Source of the DNA: Rhizophagus irregularis
Lineage: Eukaryota
Assembly: GCF_026210795.1 (NCBI RefSeq)
Contig: NC_089434.1
Location: 3,162,001-3,226,000, forward strand
Direction of reading: 5' to 3'
DNA: 64,000 nt
Both the position numbers and the translations under genes were made by a program. Every line of letters starts with the position of its first letter. The stretch's first letter is position 1. Shown in pieces: positions 28,132 to 40,189 of this stretch. The notes below the pieces were generated by a model, which made no database searches, had not been told where the DNA came from, and was given only the letters and a program-made list of their open reading frames with translations.

Positions 28132-29276
28132 TTTCTCAAGTTTGATCATAATTATAATCGCCAAATGTTCATTATAGCTTGCATTTCGATGATTAGAGAA
28201 AAATATAAATTATAAGATAATAATGTATTGATGTTATTAGTATTATTAATATTGCACTAAATTTTTAAAAAAATTTTTATGAATTGATAAAAAGAGCCAT
28301 TAATTTCAAGCGAAGGTATAATCAACAATTTATCCAAATTAGAAGTAGCGAATCGATGCTGTGCACACGAAGTCACAGGTCTTGCATGTGCGGACCCCGC
28401 GCCCACACCCAATAAAGTCAAGCCGCACACCGCTGAGAACAGCCCAGAAAACTCGCCCAATGGCATCGTACAGTGATGTATTATTTTCGCAGATGGGTAA
28501 AGCGAAACTAATTCTTCATTCTGAACAGTGTATTTAAAAAAAAAAGTTTTTTTTTCTTGGCTCGTTCATATACACACAGACCCTGTTCTTTGATCTTTCT
28601 ACAAGTATGTACCCTATGTGTATGCGTACTTAATAAGTAAATGAAATTTATTCTTTTTAGAAGACATTTTTTTCTTTTTTTTTCCTTGTGCGTTTATTTC
28701 TGGTATATGTACTATTCTTCTATTATTTTGTAAATAAAGATAACGAGTTTAATAAAATTATTTTTTTCTTTTGTTAACCGACTAATGGTGTAAATTCTTC
28801 GTAGACTGTGTCCTACGTAAAATTTCGTCTGTAGTCGTCTCTTTTTATGATAATATTTTTTGTAATTACTAAATAATTCGGTTTAATACACTTTTTGTCG
28901 CGCTTTAATATTTCCCTTTATCTTGTAAATCATTCCCTTCATACCTTATTGTTTCGTTTAGTTTTGTAAAATATTCGCGAAAACTTGTAACCTTAACTAG
29001 GTTCTTAAAATTACAATTGGTAATCGATAATAATTGCATTTGGAGGGTTATAGCCTTTTTGGTAACGCGTTAATATTACTCTTTCTATTATTATATAGTT
29101 TAAAAAATTATTTTTTTTTTCTTTTTTCGTTTGGTGGTTTATTAGTTTTCAATAATTTTTTCTTCTACAAAAATACCGATCCTTTTTATATACATATTTA
29201 TACTATATACATAAAAGAGGACAAGAAATTTTTTTTTATTATTATTTAAAAAAAAATTTTTTTCTTCTTGTAAATA

Positions 29277-32200
29277 ATGACAATCAAAGGCAGACAACTT
29301 TTTGTTGGCAATGTGAGTATATTAATTATCAATTATTGTTTGAAATTGAATTTAATCAACATCGAACTAAATTACGAACTCATAATACATTTCTTTCATT
29401 AATTACCATTATAATTATATTTTTTTAATGATCTTTTTGGCAATATATTTTTATATTTTGCGGATGAAGCTTCCATATGTAGGTTAGTGAAACAAAAAAA
29501 AAAACGCGAACAATGCATTTATGAGACTTGATGAAATTATTTTGATTGGTTATCGTAATTTAAAATCAAGACTAATAAATTACGTTTATTTTACAAATTA
29601 ACTGAAATAGTTAGTTGGCAAGAATTAAAGGTTAATAACAATCACTTTTTATTTAATTTTACAATAATTCCTTTGTTTCTTATTTTATTTTATTTGTTTA
29701 TTTATTTTGTAACAAATAATAATTAATTTATGAATTAATTTTTTTTTAGGATTTATTTAGAAAAGCCGGTAGTGTACAACGTGCAAATATTATATTAAGT
29801 CGTGAAGGTCATTCGAAAGGACATGGTATCGTGCTCTATGCGACAGTTGCAGACGCGCAAAAAGCAATATGTAAGATAATCTAATATATAATTTTATTAG
29901 AGAAAATTACTTTATATTATTTAATGTAATAGTTTATAAATTGGATCACAATTAGAATTACGCTCGGAATTTTTAAAGAGATTTCTTAAATATTAATATT
30001 TGACCTTATGATTTTATTATGATATAAACAGCGGAATTTGATGGATATGAATGGCATGGTAGAAAGTTAGAAGTTAGAGAAGTAAGTGGATTGTATATCT
30101 GAAAAAATTATTAGTAATTGGTCTAATTAACTTATAAAATTATTATTTCATAGGACCGTAGTGCAATGGATTATCCTCCACCTCCACCACGTACAGAGGG
30201 TGCTAATAATATTAATCAAAATGAGGTATTTTAATTAATATTTCAATTTTTTATATTAAAAAAAAAAAGGATAAATTTTATTTATAATTTTACGAAATTA
30301 AATTTATAGGAAAGTGATAAAGTTACTTCAAACAATATCTTGTCAACGTCGGCGAATTCAAATGATGTAAATGGCACATCATCAAATCAAACTCTACCAA
30401 CACCGGTTGATTATTCCATCACAAAAAATAATGAAATACTTAATGTGAACGGCACAAATATTAATGGGACCACGAATGGCGTAACAACATACAACGAAGA
30501 ATTTACCAATAATTATTCCAATCATAACTCTCATAACTCTCATAACTCTCATAATTCTCATAACTCTTCGACTCTACAAAGACAATTATTCGTTGGGAAT
30601 GTAAGTAATAGTATATGAATATACTCGAATTATCTATTATAAATTTGGATTAAGTATTTTTCCATCGTAGTTACCTTTTCGTGTACGATGGCAAGATTTG
30701 AAAGATCTGTTTAGAGAAGCGGGGACTGTCATACGTGCAGATGTTGCAATGGGATATGATAATCGATCTAAAGGCCACGGAACAGTGTTATTCGCCACCC
30801 TCGAAGAAGCAAAAAATGCGATCGGTATAACTTTTATGATTGTTTGATTATTTATGTTGTATTTTTATGACAGTATTAATATTATACAATTATATTCTTT
30901 AATCTATTTAGCTATGTTTAATCAAAAGAATTGGCAAGGTCGAATCTTGGAAGTGCGAGAAGATCGAGGTTTCGTTGATCCAAATTCCCATAACAACATT
31001 AACGGTAATGGCCATCATCATCATCATCACCATCATCACCATCATCCACAAGACCATTCACGTCGGGTGATTGATCCTACGCACCATAATCACACACAAA
31101 ATCCTTATGGACCAGGTGGCCCTTTGATGGGGATGGGTGGTATTTTTTATGGAGTAAGTGATTAAGTATTATATACACACATATGTAAAGTATACCCACT
31201 TTATTAACATGTACTTCTACTATTATATTATTACAGCCTAGAGTTCAAGCACCTCAGCCAAATTATGCTGGGAGATTACTTTTCGTTGGGAATGTGGGTT
31301 TGAAATCCTTTGATTTCGTATAGTATTAAATGTGACCTTATATTAATATTTAAATAAATTTATATTTATAGCTGCCATTTAATTGTCAATGGCAAGACCT
31401 AAAAGATCTTTTCCGTAACGCTGGCAATATTATTCGAGCTGATGTTTCAACAAATTTCGATGGACGAAGTAGAGGTTTTGGTACGGTGCTGTTTGCAACA
31501 CCTGAGGATGCCAGAAATGCTGTCGGTAAGAAAGAAAAAAACACGTCGTTCTTAATTGTTTTATTTATTGATAGTTAAGTTTTTTCTTAAAATGAAATGA
31601 ATTAATCAACTAGGGATGTATGACGGTTATGAATTTCAAGGAAGAACTTTACGTGTTCATTTTGATAGATTTTCATTACCTTTACCGCCGCATCATCATA
31701 ATCCACCACCGCATCCAGCACATTTACCACCTCCTGTACATCCACATCATAGGCCACCACTTATATCTCATCACAATTTCCATTTAGGTCCACCACCAAT
31801 TCCTCATCATTTTATGCCTCCAGCACATATGGGGCCTTTTTCTCCACCTCTAACAACTCCTTCATTGACTAGTCCTCCGTTTCCTGTTTCATACAATCCT
31901 TTGGCTCATTTAAATAATCATCCGAATGCAAATACTAATGCTTCTTCACCATTTCAACCTATTCAACCTATTCCAATTGTTTCTTCAGCTGCTTCTATAC
32001 ATGGGATCGGAACTAATTCACAACAAACTTCTACTCAGTCATCACAAATCATCCAAGATCAACCAATTTCGACGCCAACAACACAATTTCCAGGATTTGG
32101 TCCAATCGGAAAAACAAACCATTCACCTCAATCAACCGTCACATCATCAATTTCAAATTTAGGCGCAGTAGGCGCTTTCCCATCAAATACAACAAATGGG

Positions 32201-32935
32201 ATTGCAAATCATAATGGAATAAATGGAACAACAGATGGCAATAACAATAATTATGGTTCTGGAAACGATAATGCAATTCATGGTTTAACTTCGACTTTTG
32301 CAAGTTTGCATCTTAGTCATCTTGGTCAAGCCCCCCAATTATTTTTTCATCCTCATCCCCACCATCGCCATCCGGTGATCCCAACGGCTTATCACCCTCA
32401 TCATCATCATCAGGTAGCTGCAGCAGCTGCAGCTCATCATCATCAACAGCATCATCACCATCAACATTCTCATGGCCAACATCCACATCATCATCACCAT
32501 CCCGGTGCTATCGGGAGTGGACTTGTTGGAATAAATACTCATATTCATAGTCAAGTAAATGGAACTTCCGATTCTTCAGTTTCCGTTACAACAACATCTG
32601 GATTAGGTAGCGTTGTTAATCCAACATCGTCCTCTTCTCATATAGCCAAAGAAACTGATAACGGTGGTAAAAATGATATTATAGGTTCAAGTTCTACCAC
32701 GACAGAAGTAACTAATAACTCGGCTAATAACAGTAATAATTCAACCAACTCTTCTGTTCCAGGTTTATGGGATAATAGTACGTCAACAATGTTATCTACT
32801 GCAGCAGCAGTATCAAATGGATCAAATGGGACTGTTAACTCAGGTAGTGTAATTAGCATAGGGATGACTTCATCATTGACTGGAATGGGCGGACTTGATA
32901 ACCCATCTGTGGGTGTATCCCCTCTGTATTTGTAA
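29277..32935 (+). CDS. Three-RRM RNA-binding protein (Gbp2/Hrb1/hnRNP-M-like) with a His/Pro/Asn-rich low-complexity tail
   Basis: Three repeats of LFVGN|LP..WQ.LKDLFR.AG...RA......SKG.G.V; many introns, including 13- and 20-nt exons. Confidence 0.85.
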
Positions 32936-33568
32936 ATTTGTAAAAAAAAAATTGTGGTTTTGGATATTAGATCGTTGGATGATTTTAAAATTTTAAGAAT
33001 ATGGAGAATTTGGATGAAATTTAGAGATTAAAATGGTAATAATTGGTTAAATAATGGTTAAAATATGTCTGTTGCAATTTGACATCCTTTCTTTTTGTTT
33101 TTTCTTTTTGTTTTTTCTTTTTTTTTCAAGCAATTTGGTGGTTTTTTATAGAATATATATATATATATTTGGGAACATTTTTTCTTTACACTGTTTTTTT
33201 TCAAAATTATAAAAATTTTTTTACTAACATTTTCAAATGCAGTTATTGCTTTCAAAAAATGAACTTTATTAGCAAAAAAAAATTTCTACATATTACAAAA
33301 AAAGATTTTATACAGTAAAAAAAACCGATTACAAAAAATTAGATTAGATTGTATGAATTTATAACAAAAAATTTTTTATTAATATATATTTAAAAATGTT
33401 TAATTCATTGTCATAGTTATTAGTTATTACTTGTTAATTGCTTATTTAAAATTGTATTACATATTGTATATGTATTATATAATGTAAAAGTTGTTGACGT
33501 GAATGAAAAATTTGGATAAGTACCTTAATTTTATCAAATAAATATATTTTGAAGTGAAACCAATAATT

Positions 33569-33641
33569 GCCTTCTTGGCTCAGTTGGCAGAGCGTCTGCC
33601 TAGTAAGCAGAAGGTCGTCAGTTCGATTCTGGCAGAAGGCA
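33569..33641 (+). tRNA. tRNA-Thr(AGT), intronless
   Basis: Cloverleaf: GCCTTCT/AGAAGGC acceptor, GCTC/GAGC D arm, TCTGC-CTAGTAA-GCAGA anticodon arm, TTCGATT T loop; T-rich terminator follows. Confidence 0.97.
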
Positions 33642-33830
33642 TTCATACGTTATTTATTTTGTGTTTTTTCTTTTTTTTTGCGCCATAAGGCATTCCTAAA
33701 TTATTTATTTCCTTTTTTTGCTAACGTTTTTTGATGGCGTATGTTTACGCCATGAAATTTTTAATTCTATTCATTCTATTCAGTATATAAACTGATCATC
33801 ATTCTTTTTTTTTCCACAAAAAAAAACGCA

Positions 33831-34914
33831 ATGAAAGGTGTTAACTACCAAAGATTAAATAATAATAAAACACGCTTTTGTGATTTACGAAGTGTTAAAC
33901 TTACATTATTAATATTAATCCTTCCATTAACACTTTGCGTTTTATTTTTAGGAAATAATTATTCTATTAATACACATAATTTTAAACCATTAAATTACAC
34001 TTTAATTAATAAACTTGAAGCTCCCCTCTCCCAAAAAAATTTGATTTTTATTGGGGATGTTCACGGATCGTATGATGAACTATTAAATTTAATAAATAAA
34101 ATTAATTATGATCCTTTAAAAGATCATTTAATTTTTGTAGGTGATATAGTAGCAAAAGGACCAAAATCCATTGAAGTTGTTCAATTAATCCGTTCATTGG
34201 GTGCTAGTTGTGTACGTGGAAATCATGATGATAAAGTTTTACAGATAAAAAACATTTTAGATTTTTTAGATTCCCAAAAAATCCCATTAGATGAATTTAT
34301 TAAGGAACATGATATACCTAAAGATATCGTAAAATCTGAACACGGATTATTAGCAAAGTTGGTCATTCGATAAATTAACCTCTAAAATTTTGTTTATGTA
34401 TTATACTCTATTTTAATTGATTTTTTTCTTATAGAGAACTTGACGTGGAGCTTTACAATTATCTTCTTTCTTGCCCTATTATTTTGGACATTCCGGAATA
34501 TGATTTATATGTAGTTCACGCTGGTTTATTACCGGATGTACCATTATTTGAACAAGATCCTTCTGACATAATGAGCATGGTACCATTCACGTTATTATTA
34601 CTATTTATTAAAAAAAGTAATACACACCTTTAATATGGATTTCCTTTTTTTTTTAGCGTAATATTAAGAATGGTAAACCCACAAGTAAAAAAGATGTAGG
34701 TCATGCTTGGAGTAAACATTGGAACGCAGCACAGCAGGAATCTTCTTCTCCTAAAACGATAATTTATGGTCATGATGCCTCGAGGAGATTGAAAATAAAA
34801 CCTTATAGTTTCGGACTTGATTCTGGATGCGTATACGGTGGGGAATTAAGTGCATTAATATGGAATGATAATAGAGAAATCATAAATGTTAAATGTAACA
34901 AATATGTCGATTAA
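33831..34914 (+). CDS. Membrane-anchored PPP-family metallophosphoesterase, Ppn2 (YNL217W)-like endopolyphosphatase candidate
   Basis: N-terminal TM, GDVHG, GDIVAKGP, RGNHD, VHAG, YGHDA, GLDSGCVYGGELSA; 2 introns. Confidence 0.8.
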
Positions 34915-35661
34915 AGATTTTACCTATTTATTCATTTAAGAAAAAATTATCGTCAAATTCGTCATATCACAATTTAAATGATCTAGCAAATACTTTCTTT
35001 TTTACTTATTTAATAGAAGTTCACAGAAATAAACACTATTCTTTATTTATTATCTATACAGTTACTTTAGATACAGGATGTTCTGCTAAATTTCTTTAAT
35101 AAAATAAATTTGAGATAAAAATCATAATTAAAATAACTATAAATAATTAATTTATACTTCCCGTAAATGTACTATTTAATAATACAGAAAATCTAAACTC
35201 ATCATCCCATCAGTAAAAATTTTCAAAAAAATCTAGTCTAAATTTATTATAAGTAAATTATGATTGTATTATAATATATCCCATGCTTAAGCTCTGGTTT
35301 ATGATTTTATGATTGTATAATAAACTATAAAATATTTGCCAAAACTTTTGTTTTGGTAGATATATTTGGAAAGGTTTGCAAAATTATTTCAGAATGCAAA
35401 CCTACCAAAACTGTTAACTCTGGAATTTACTTAAGCAAATCTATTGGTTTTTCTGCTTTCAAATTACTGAAAACTAACACGAAATCATAGCAATAGGCAG
35501 ATATAGTAGTTATACAACTTTTTATTGTTTTTCAAAAACTTAATAATAATTATAACTAATAGTATCCAGATACAAATTATACAAATTCCATTTTTAGAAT
35601 TTATTTTTCAAGATAAAAATTAATCAAAAGCATTTAAATGTATTATTTTTAATGTTATAAA

Positions 35662-37038
35662 TTATTCAAAGGTAGATGTGAAATTTTCAGTATATTCTGT
35701 AGCAGGAGGAGTTGAGGGAGCAACAGGAGTCTCTGTTATATGTTTTTGAAAGTCCTCGGAGATTGGCTGTGTAATTTGTTGTTCTTCCTTGGCATCCTAT
35801 TTTAAACGGGATTAAATATTTGAAAGTGATAGAAAAAATCAACTAAACATAAATTAACCAATAAATTGTCATACCGAGATGTGAACCATATCGGGTAGAG
35901 GGTTCTTTGGACCAGCTCTACCACTTGGATCTTGGTCCTAAAATAGAAACTTTCAGCGTTACTTTATACGACAAAATTTGTAATAAAATCTGCAGATCAC
36001 GTACCTTCATGATCTTGACCTTAATACCCAGAACACCTTGCCTTAACATAACGTGTCGGATAGCAGTGTCCACATAATCACGGATTGGCTGACCGGAATG
36101 GATCATGAACCCATCAACAAATTTCATAGATTTAGCACGGGCCGCACGTAATTTTCCAGATACAACCACTTCACACCCTTTTGCGCCTGATTCCATAATA
36201 AAACGTAAAACGCCATAACAAGCTCTATATATAAAGAATATAATTCAGAAAAGTTTATAATTTTCTAAATATATTTTTAATATATTTACCTTCTTACAGC
36301 AAGACCCGCCAATAATTTGTACCGAAGAGACTCACATTGAGCAATAGCACAAAGTCCACGGTTTTGTACTTTCTCAGCGTATAATTCAACAGTATTTTCA
36401 GGAAATTTAAATCTTTTTTGAATAAGGGCAGTTAATTCCCGAATTCTACGTCCTTTTTCACCAAGGACTTCTTGGGTGTGGGTAGCCCGGATTATAATTT
36501 CCGTACGAGCTGGTGTTACACGGACTTCCACACCAGAATAACCTTCTTCGGCCAACTCACGTGTAAAAAATTCGTTGAGTTCGGCAAAGAAAACACCATC
36601 AGCAACAAACTATTTGATTTTAGATTTACGCGAAAAATTATAAATTAAACAAATATTAATTGATTGAATTGGTGTTTTGTTATGCTGGACAATGTTTTGA
36701 ATAATAAATTAATGAAAAAAAAATTTTTTTTTTTTGATTTTTCCCCAACTTAAACATTAAGGAAATAATAAAAAAATATATATATATATTATAGGGCATC
36801 TCAATTCATCTGGATCAGGTAATCTTTTTAATCCGTACATTATACCTTGGGTAAATAAGGTATTCAAACAAGAGGTGCCAGATATAAATATCATCATACC
36901 AAAATATAAAGTGAGATACTCTATAAAAGCAATATCTTTAAAATATCTGTAATAAAATCTTATCGATATTTATCCTAAATTCATACTAGAATATCAAAAA
37001 AATTACTTCACTTTTCTTTTCTTTGAAATTTGAGCCAT
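35662..37038 (-). CDS. RPS3: 40S ribosomal protein S3 (uS3), multi-exon
   Basis: [50 protein letters not shown]. Confidence 0.98.
36811..36901 (-). ncRNA. Intronic box C/D snoRNA, snR48-like, with two guides
   Basis: In RPS3 intron 1, sense orientation. Terminal TGG/CCA stem, C box ATGATGA (36897-36891), D box CTGA (36818-36815), guide TCTGGCACCTCT complementary to LSU AGAGGUGCCAGA. Confidence 0.88.
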
Positions 37039-37279
37039 TGTCCGTTATGGAATGCCTGAGCGATATACTGTAGTAGATATCTAGAGAGGCAAGATGCAAG
37101 AGGAGGAAAAAAAATTTTATCGTGAAGGATCAAAGATCATATGGTGAACGTTCCGCGGATAATCACTGATGACCTAAAAAATTTCCGAACAAATAGCAGC
37201 GTAAACGGTGGCAGATTTCACGACCGCTCTTCCCAATATATAAACCGTCTAATTTAGAACACGAATCAATCGATAAATC

Positions 37280-38297
37280 ATGAATAATTTATACAAACAT
37301 GCTTTAAAACAAGAGCAAAGCTTAACACAGGACTTAGAAAAATTTGAAAATGGAGAGGATGTTTCTGTTGGTATACAAGGTATATACGTTTTTTATTAAT
37401 AAGTTTAACTTGTTTTTTATTTATTCTGAACGTTTTTAATTAGGACAAATATCGGCAAGTCTTACAGCATTAAAACGAACAATAGATGATTATGATGGAC
37501 TTGCTAAAAGAGAAATGATTCTTGTTAAGCAAGAAAAAGCTTTTGCGTAATATATTTAATTTATTATAAATAATAATATTGCGTATTCACAAGTTATATT
37601 TTTAAGTTTTTTTTAATTAATTTCTGTAATTTTTATTATAGTAATATAAGTAAATTAAGGGATGATTATAATGAATTCAAAAGTCAATTTGAACGATTAA
37701 AACAAAAAGAGTCCAATAAGGTATTTTTTTGAATTAAAAAATTACATAAGAAACAAATATTGATTTAATTATCTGTGAAATTAGACCATTCAAAATAATA
37801 GGGCAGAGTTATTGGGACGAAGACATAATACATCCACGGTATTTTTTGAGATTATTTAATTTTATTTAGTCAATTCCATTTAATTAAATTTGTTGGTTTA
37901 TAAAAAAAAGCCAGAATCCCCTTTTCAACAACATGAATATTCGAGAGAACAACATGCATTACGAGAACATGATTTTTTAAAAGAAACAGATTCAGCACTC
38001 GATGAGTATATAATGCGTGGAAGGGAAGTTCTTAATAATATATATGATCAAAATAATACTTTGAAGGTAAGGTTATTTGCATATTTTACTTATATTTCTT
38101 GCTAAAATATCTTACATTAAGTTTCAATTTTATAGAATGCTCAAAGGAAAATGCTTGATGCAGCAAATACACTTGGATTATCTCGGAATGTTATTCAATA
38201 TATTGAACGACGTTTTGCTCAAGACAAGTGGATATTTATAGCGGGAGTTATTTTTACTTTATTTAGTATGTGGGCAATTGTACATTATTTAACATAG
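37280..38297 (+). CDS. BOS1: ER-Golgi Qb-SNARE Bos1/membrin (GOSR2), multi-exon
   Basis: MNNLYKHA..GQISASL, SNARE motif QNNTLK|NAQRKMLDAANTLGLSRNVIQYIERR, QDKWIF then a C-terminal TM. Confidence 0.9.
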
Positions 38298-39422
38298 GAT
38301 AATTTATATTTATATATTTTAATATAAGATAATATTTATACCAAGTATAGTTAAAAATTTACTAATTAATAATTGGATCCTTATAATACAAACATTATTC
38401 CTTTGAGCAATTCTCTTGAAGGTATTCTTACCTTCAATAAATACCAGTAGTATTTATATATAAATAAAAATCTTTTATTCCATATTAAAAAAAATAATAA
38501 AATTAGTTAAATTACAAATTATTTCAAATTAAAAAATTTTAAAAATCACATAATTGAAATTAGTATTGACTTATAATTGGATAGAAATTAATACTTTTCT
38601 ATAATTCTGGCTGAAGTTATAACTTATTTTATTTTATTTCTAGAAGAGTAGTTATCGGTATCTATAACATTAATAGTATATATACATAAAGGAATACAGG
38701 GACTATTCAGGTTATTAGAATTGCGAATTTAATCCCACAAAGTAGACTAAGCAGTTATGCAAGACCTCACCCTTCAAACTAAACTATACTGGTAGGAAAA
38801 CTACGCTACTACCAGTACTGAATGAAGTTATAACTTAGCTAGAATTAAGATTTTTAGTTAATATTCATACATGTATCATGTGATTTTATTAAAAAGTTAT
38901 GTAAAAAAAAAAATTTTAATAAATATAATTTTAAATGAAACATGTGATATATGTATTTTTATCTATTCTGCAAATTTACTTAAAGCATCAAAATTAATTT
39001 TGAATATCAATTTTGATTTATTTAATAGATTCTTTTTCTTTTTCTGTTTTTCATTAAATTTAATTCTACTTAATATTAAATGATTAGTATAAAAAATTTA
39101 CTTTTTGAAAACCTGTAAACACTTATTGTATAATTAAATTTTTAATTTGAATACTGTATTCCATATATTATGAGCCATAATACCCCTTATATATAGTACT
39201 CTTCTTGAAAAATTTCATAGAATTGTATAATACCTGAGGTATTTTACATTTATCTTGTGATCCAGTAATCAGATTTGAGCCACCTTCTTTTGTTTGATAG
39301 CTCTTATTAAGCTTTTTAAAATAAAAAAAAGACTACTCAAATTGGACTGGTAGATCATAAGATATTTACAAAAAACAGAATTTTTAAGCCGAAATTTTTA
39401 ATAATTATAGTATTAGCCAATC

Positions 39423-39797
39423 ATATGCCGATCATCTGCTAATTTGACTTTAAAGCTTCAGGCAAAGCCACAGATGTTTGGGTGAAACTTGAAACTTTTA
39501 TAGTATATTATTTAGGTATTTAAGAATCTATGGCTAAAATAAATATGAATAATTTTTGATAATCAAGAAGTTATCATTAAATACATGCTTGCAATTATTG
39601 TAAGATTGATATAAGGCTAATATTTGGTAAAATTTTTATGAACTATTTTATGAATTAATTTATTAATAGTATATAAATAAAGTAAATAAAATCAAAATTT
39701 TATACATTATTATGTAAAGTTTGTAAAAAAAATAAACTCCACAGTATTTTTTTTGTGACAATATTGGACAAATGATCAGCAAAATGATCGGCAATAT
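39423..39797. mobile_element. Decayed MITE-like element with imperfect inverted ends
   Basis: Left ATATGCCGATCATCTGCTAATTTG versus reverse complement of the right end ATATTGCCGATCATTTTGCTGATCATTTG. Confidence 0.4.
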
Positions 39798-40189
39798 CAT
39801 GATAATATGAGGATGTCCACCCTGTTCCTAAAAGTACAGAGTCAAATTCCCAATATTTGCAAAATACTTAAGGTATTATAGCCTGCAATATATGGTACTT
39901 CTTTTTTTTAATTGCAGCACATTTATAAATCTATTAAAATAATTAAGTAATATATAATAAAAAATTAAAAAACATTTGAACACTTCTTGATAAAAGAGTA
40001 TTTTTTTTTTAAAGTATAAATTATAATTTATTATTATATTTATATTTTAAAATAAATGTTATCTATAAATTTTTTTTTTTTTTTCCACAATGCATTTGAT
40101 AGTTTATTAAATAGAGACAAGACTCAGAAAATACAATTATGACAAAAACTAAATCTAAATTATCTAATATTATTAACTACTAAACCACT

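Noticed and set aside
28471..28530. C/D-like snoRNA (GTGATGT...CTGA) with a TTCGC/GCGAA hairpin
   Set aside because: Imperfect C box, short spacing, and only about 8 nt of possible rRNA complementarity
33636..33712. Short duplication of the tRNA 3' end and flank (AAGGCATTC...TTATTTATTT)
   Set aside because: Too short and low-complexity to call an integration site
36749..36765. U12-type branch-like TTCCTTAAT followed by AG in RPS3 intron 1
   Set aside because: No matching RTATCCT donor; I found no convincing minor intron in the window
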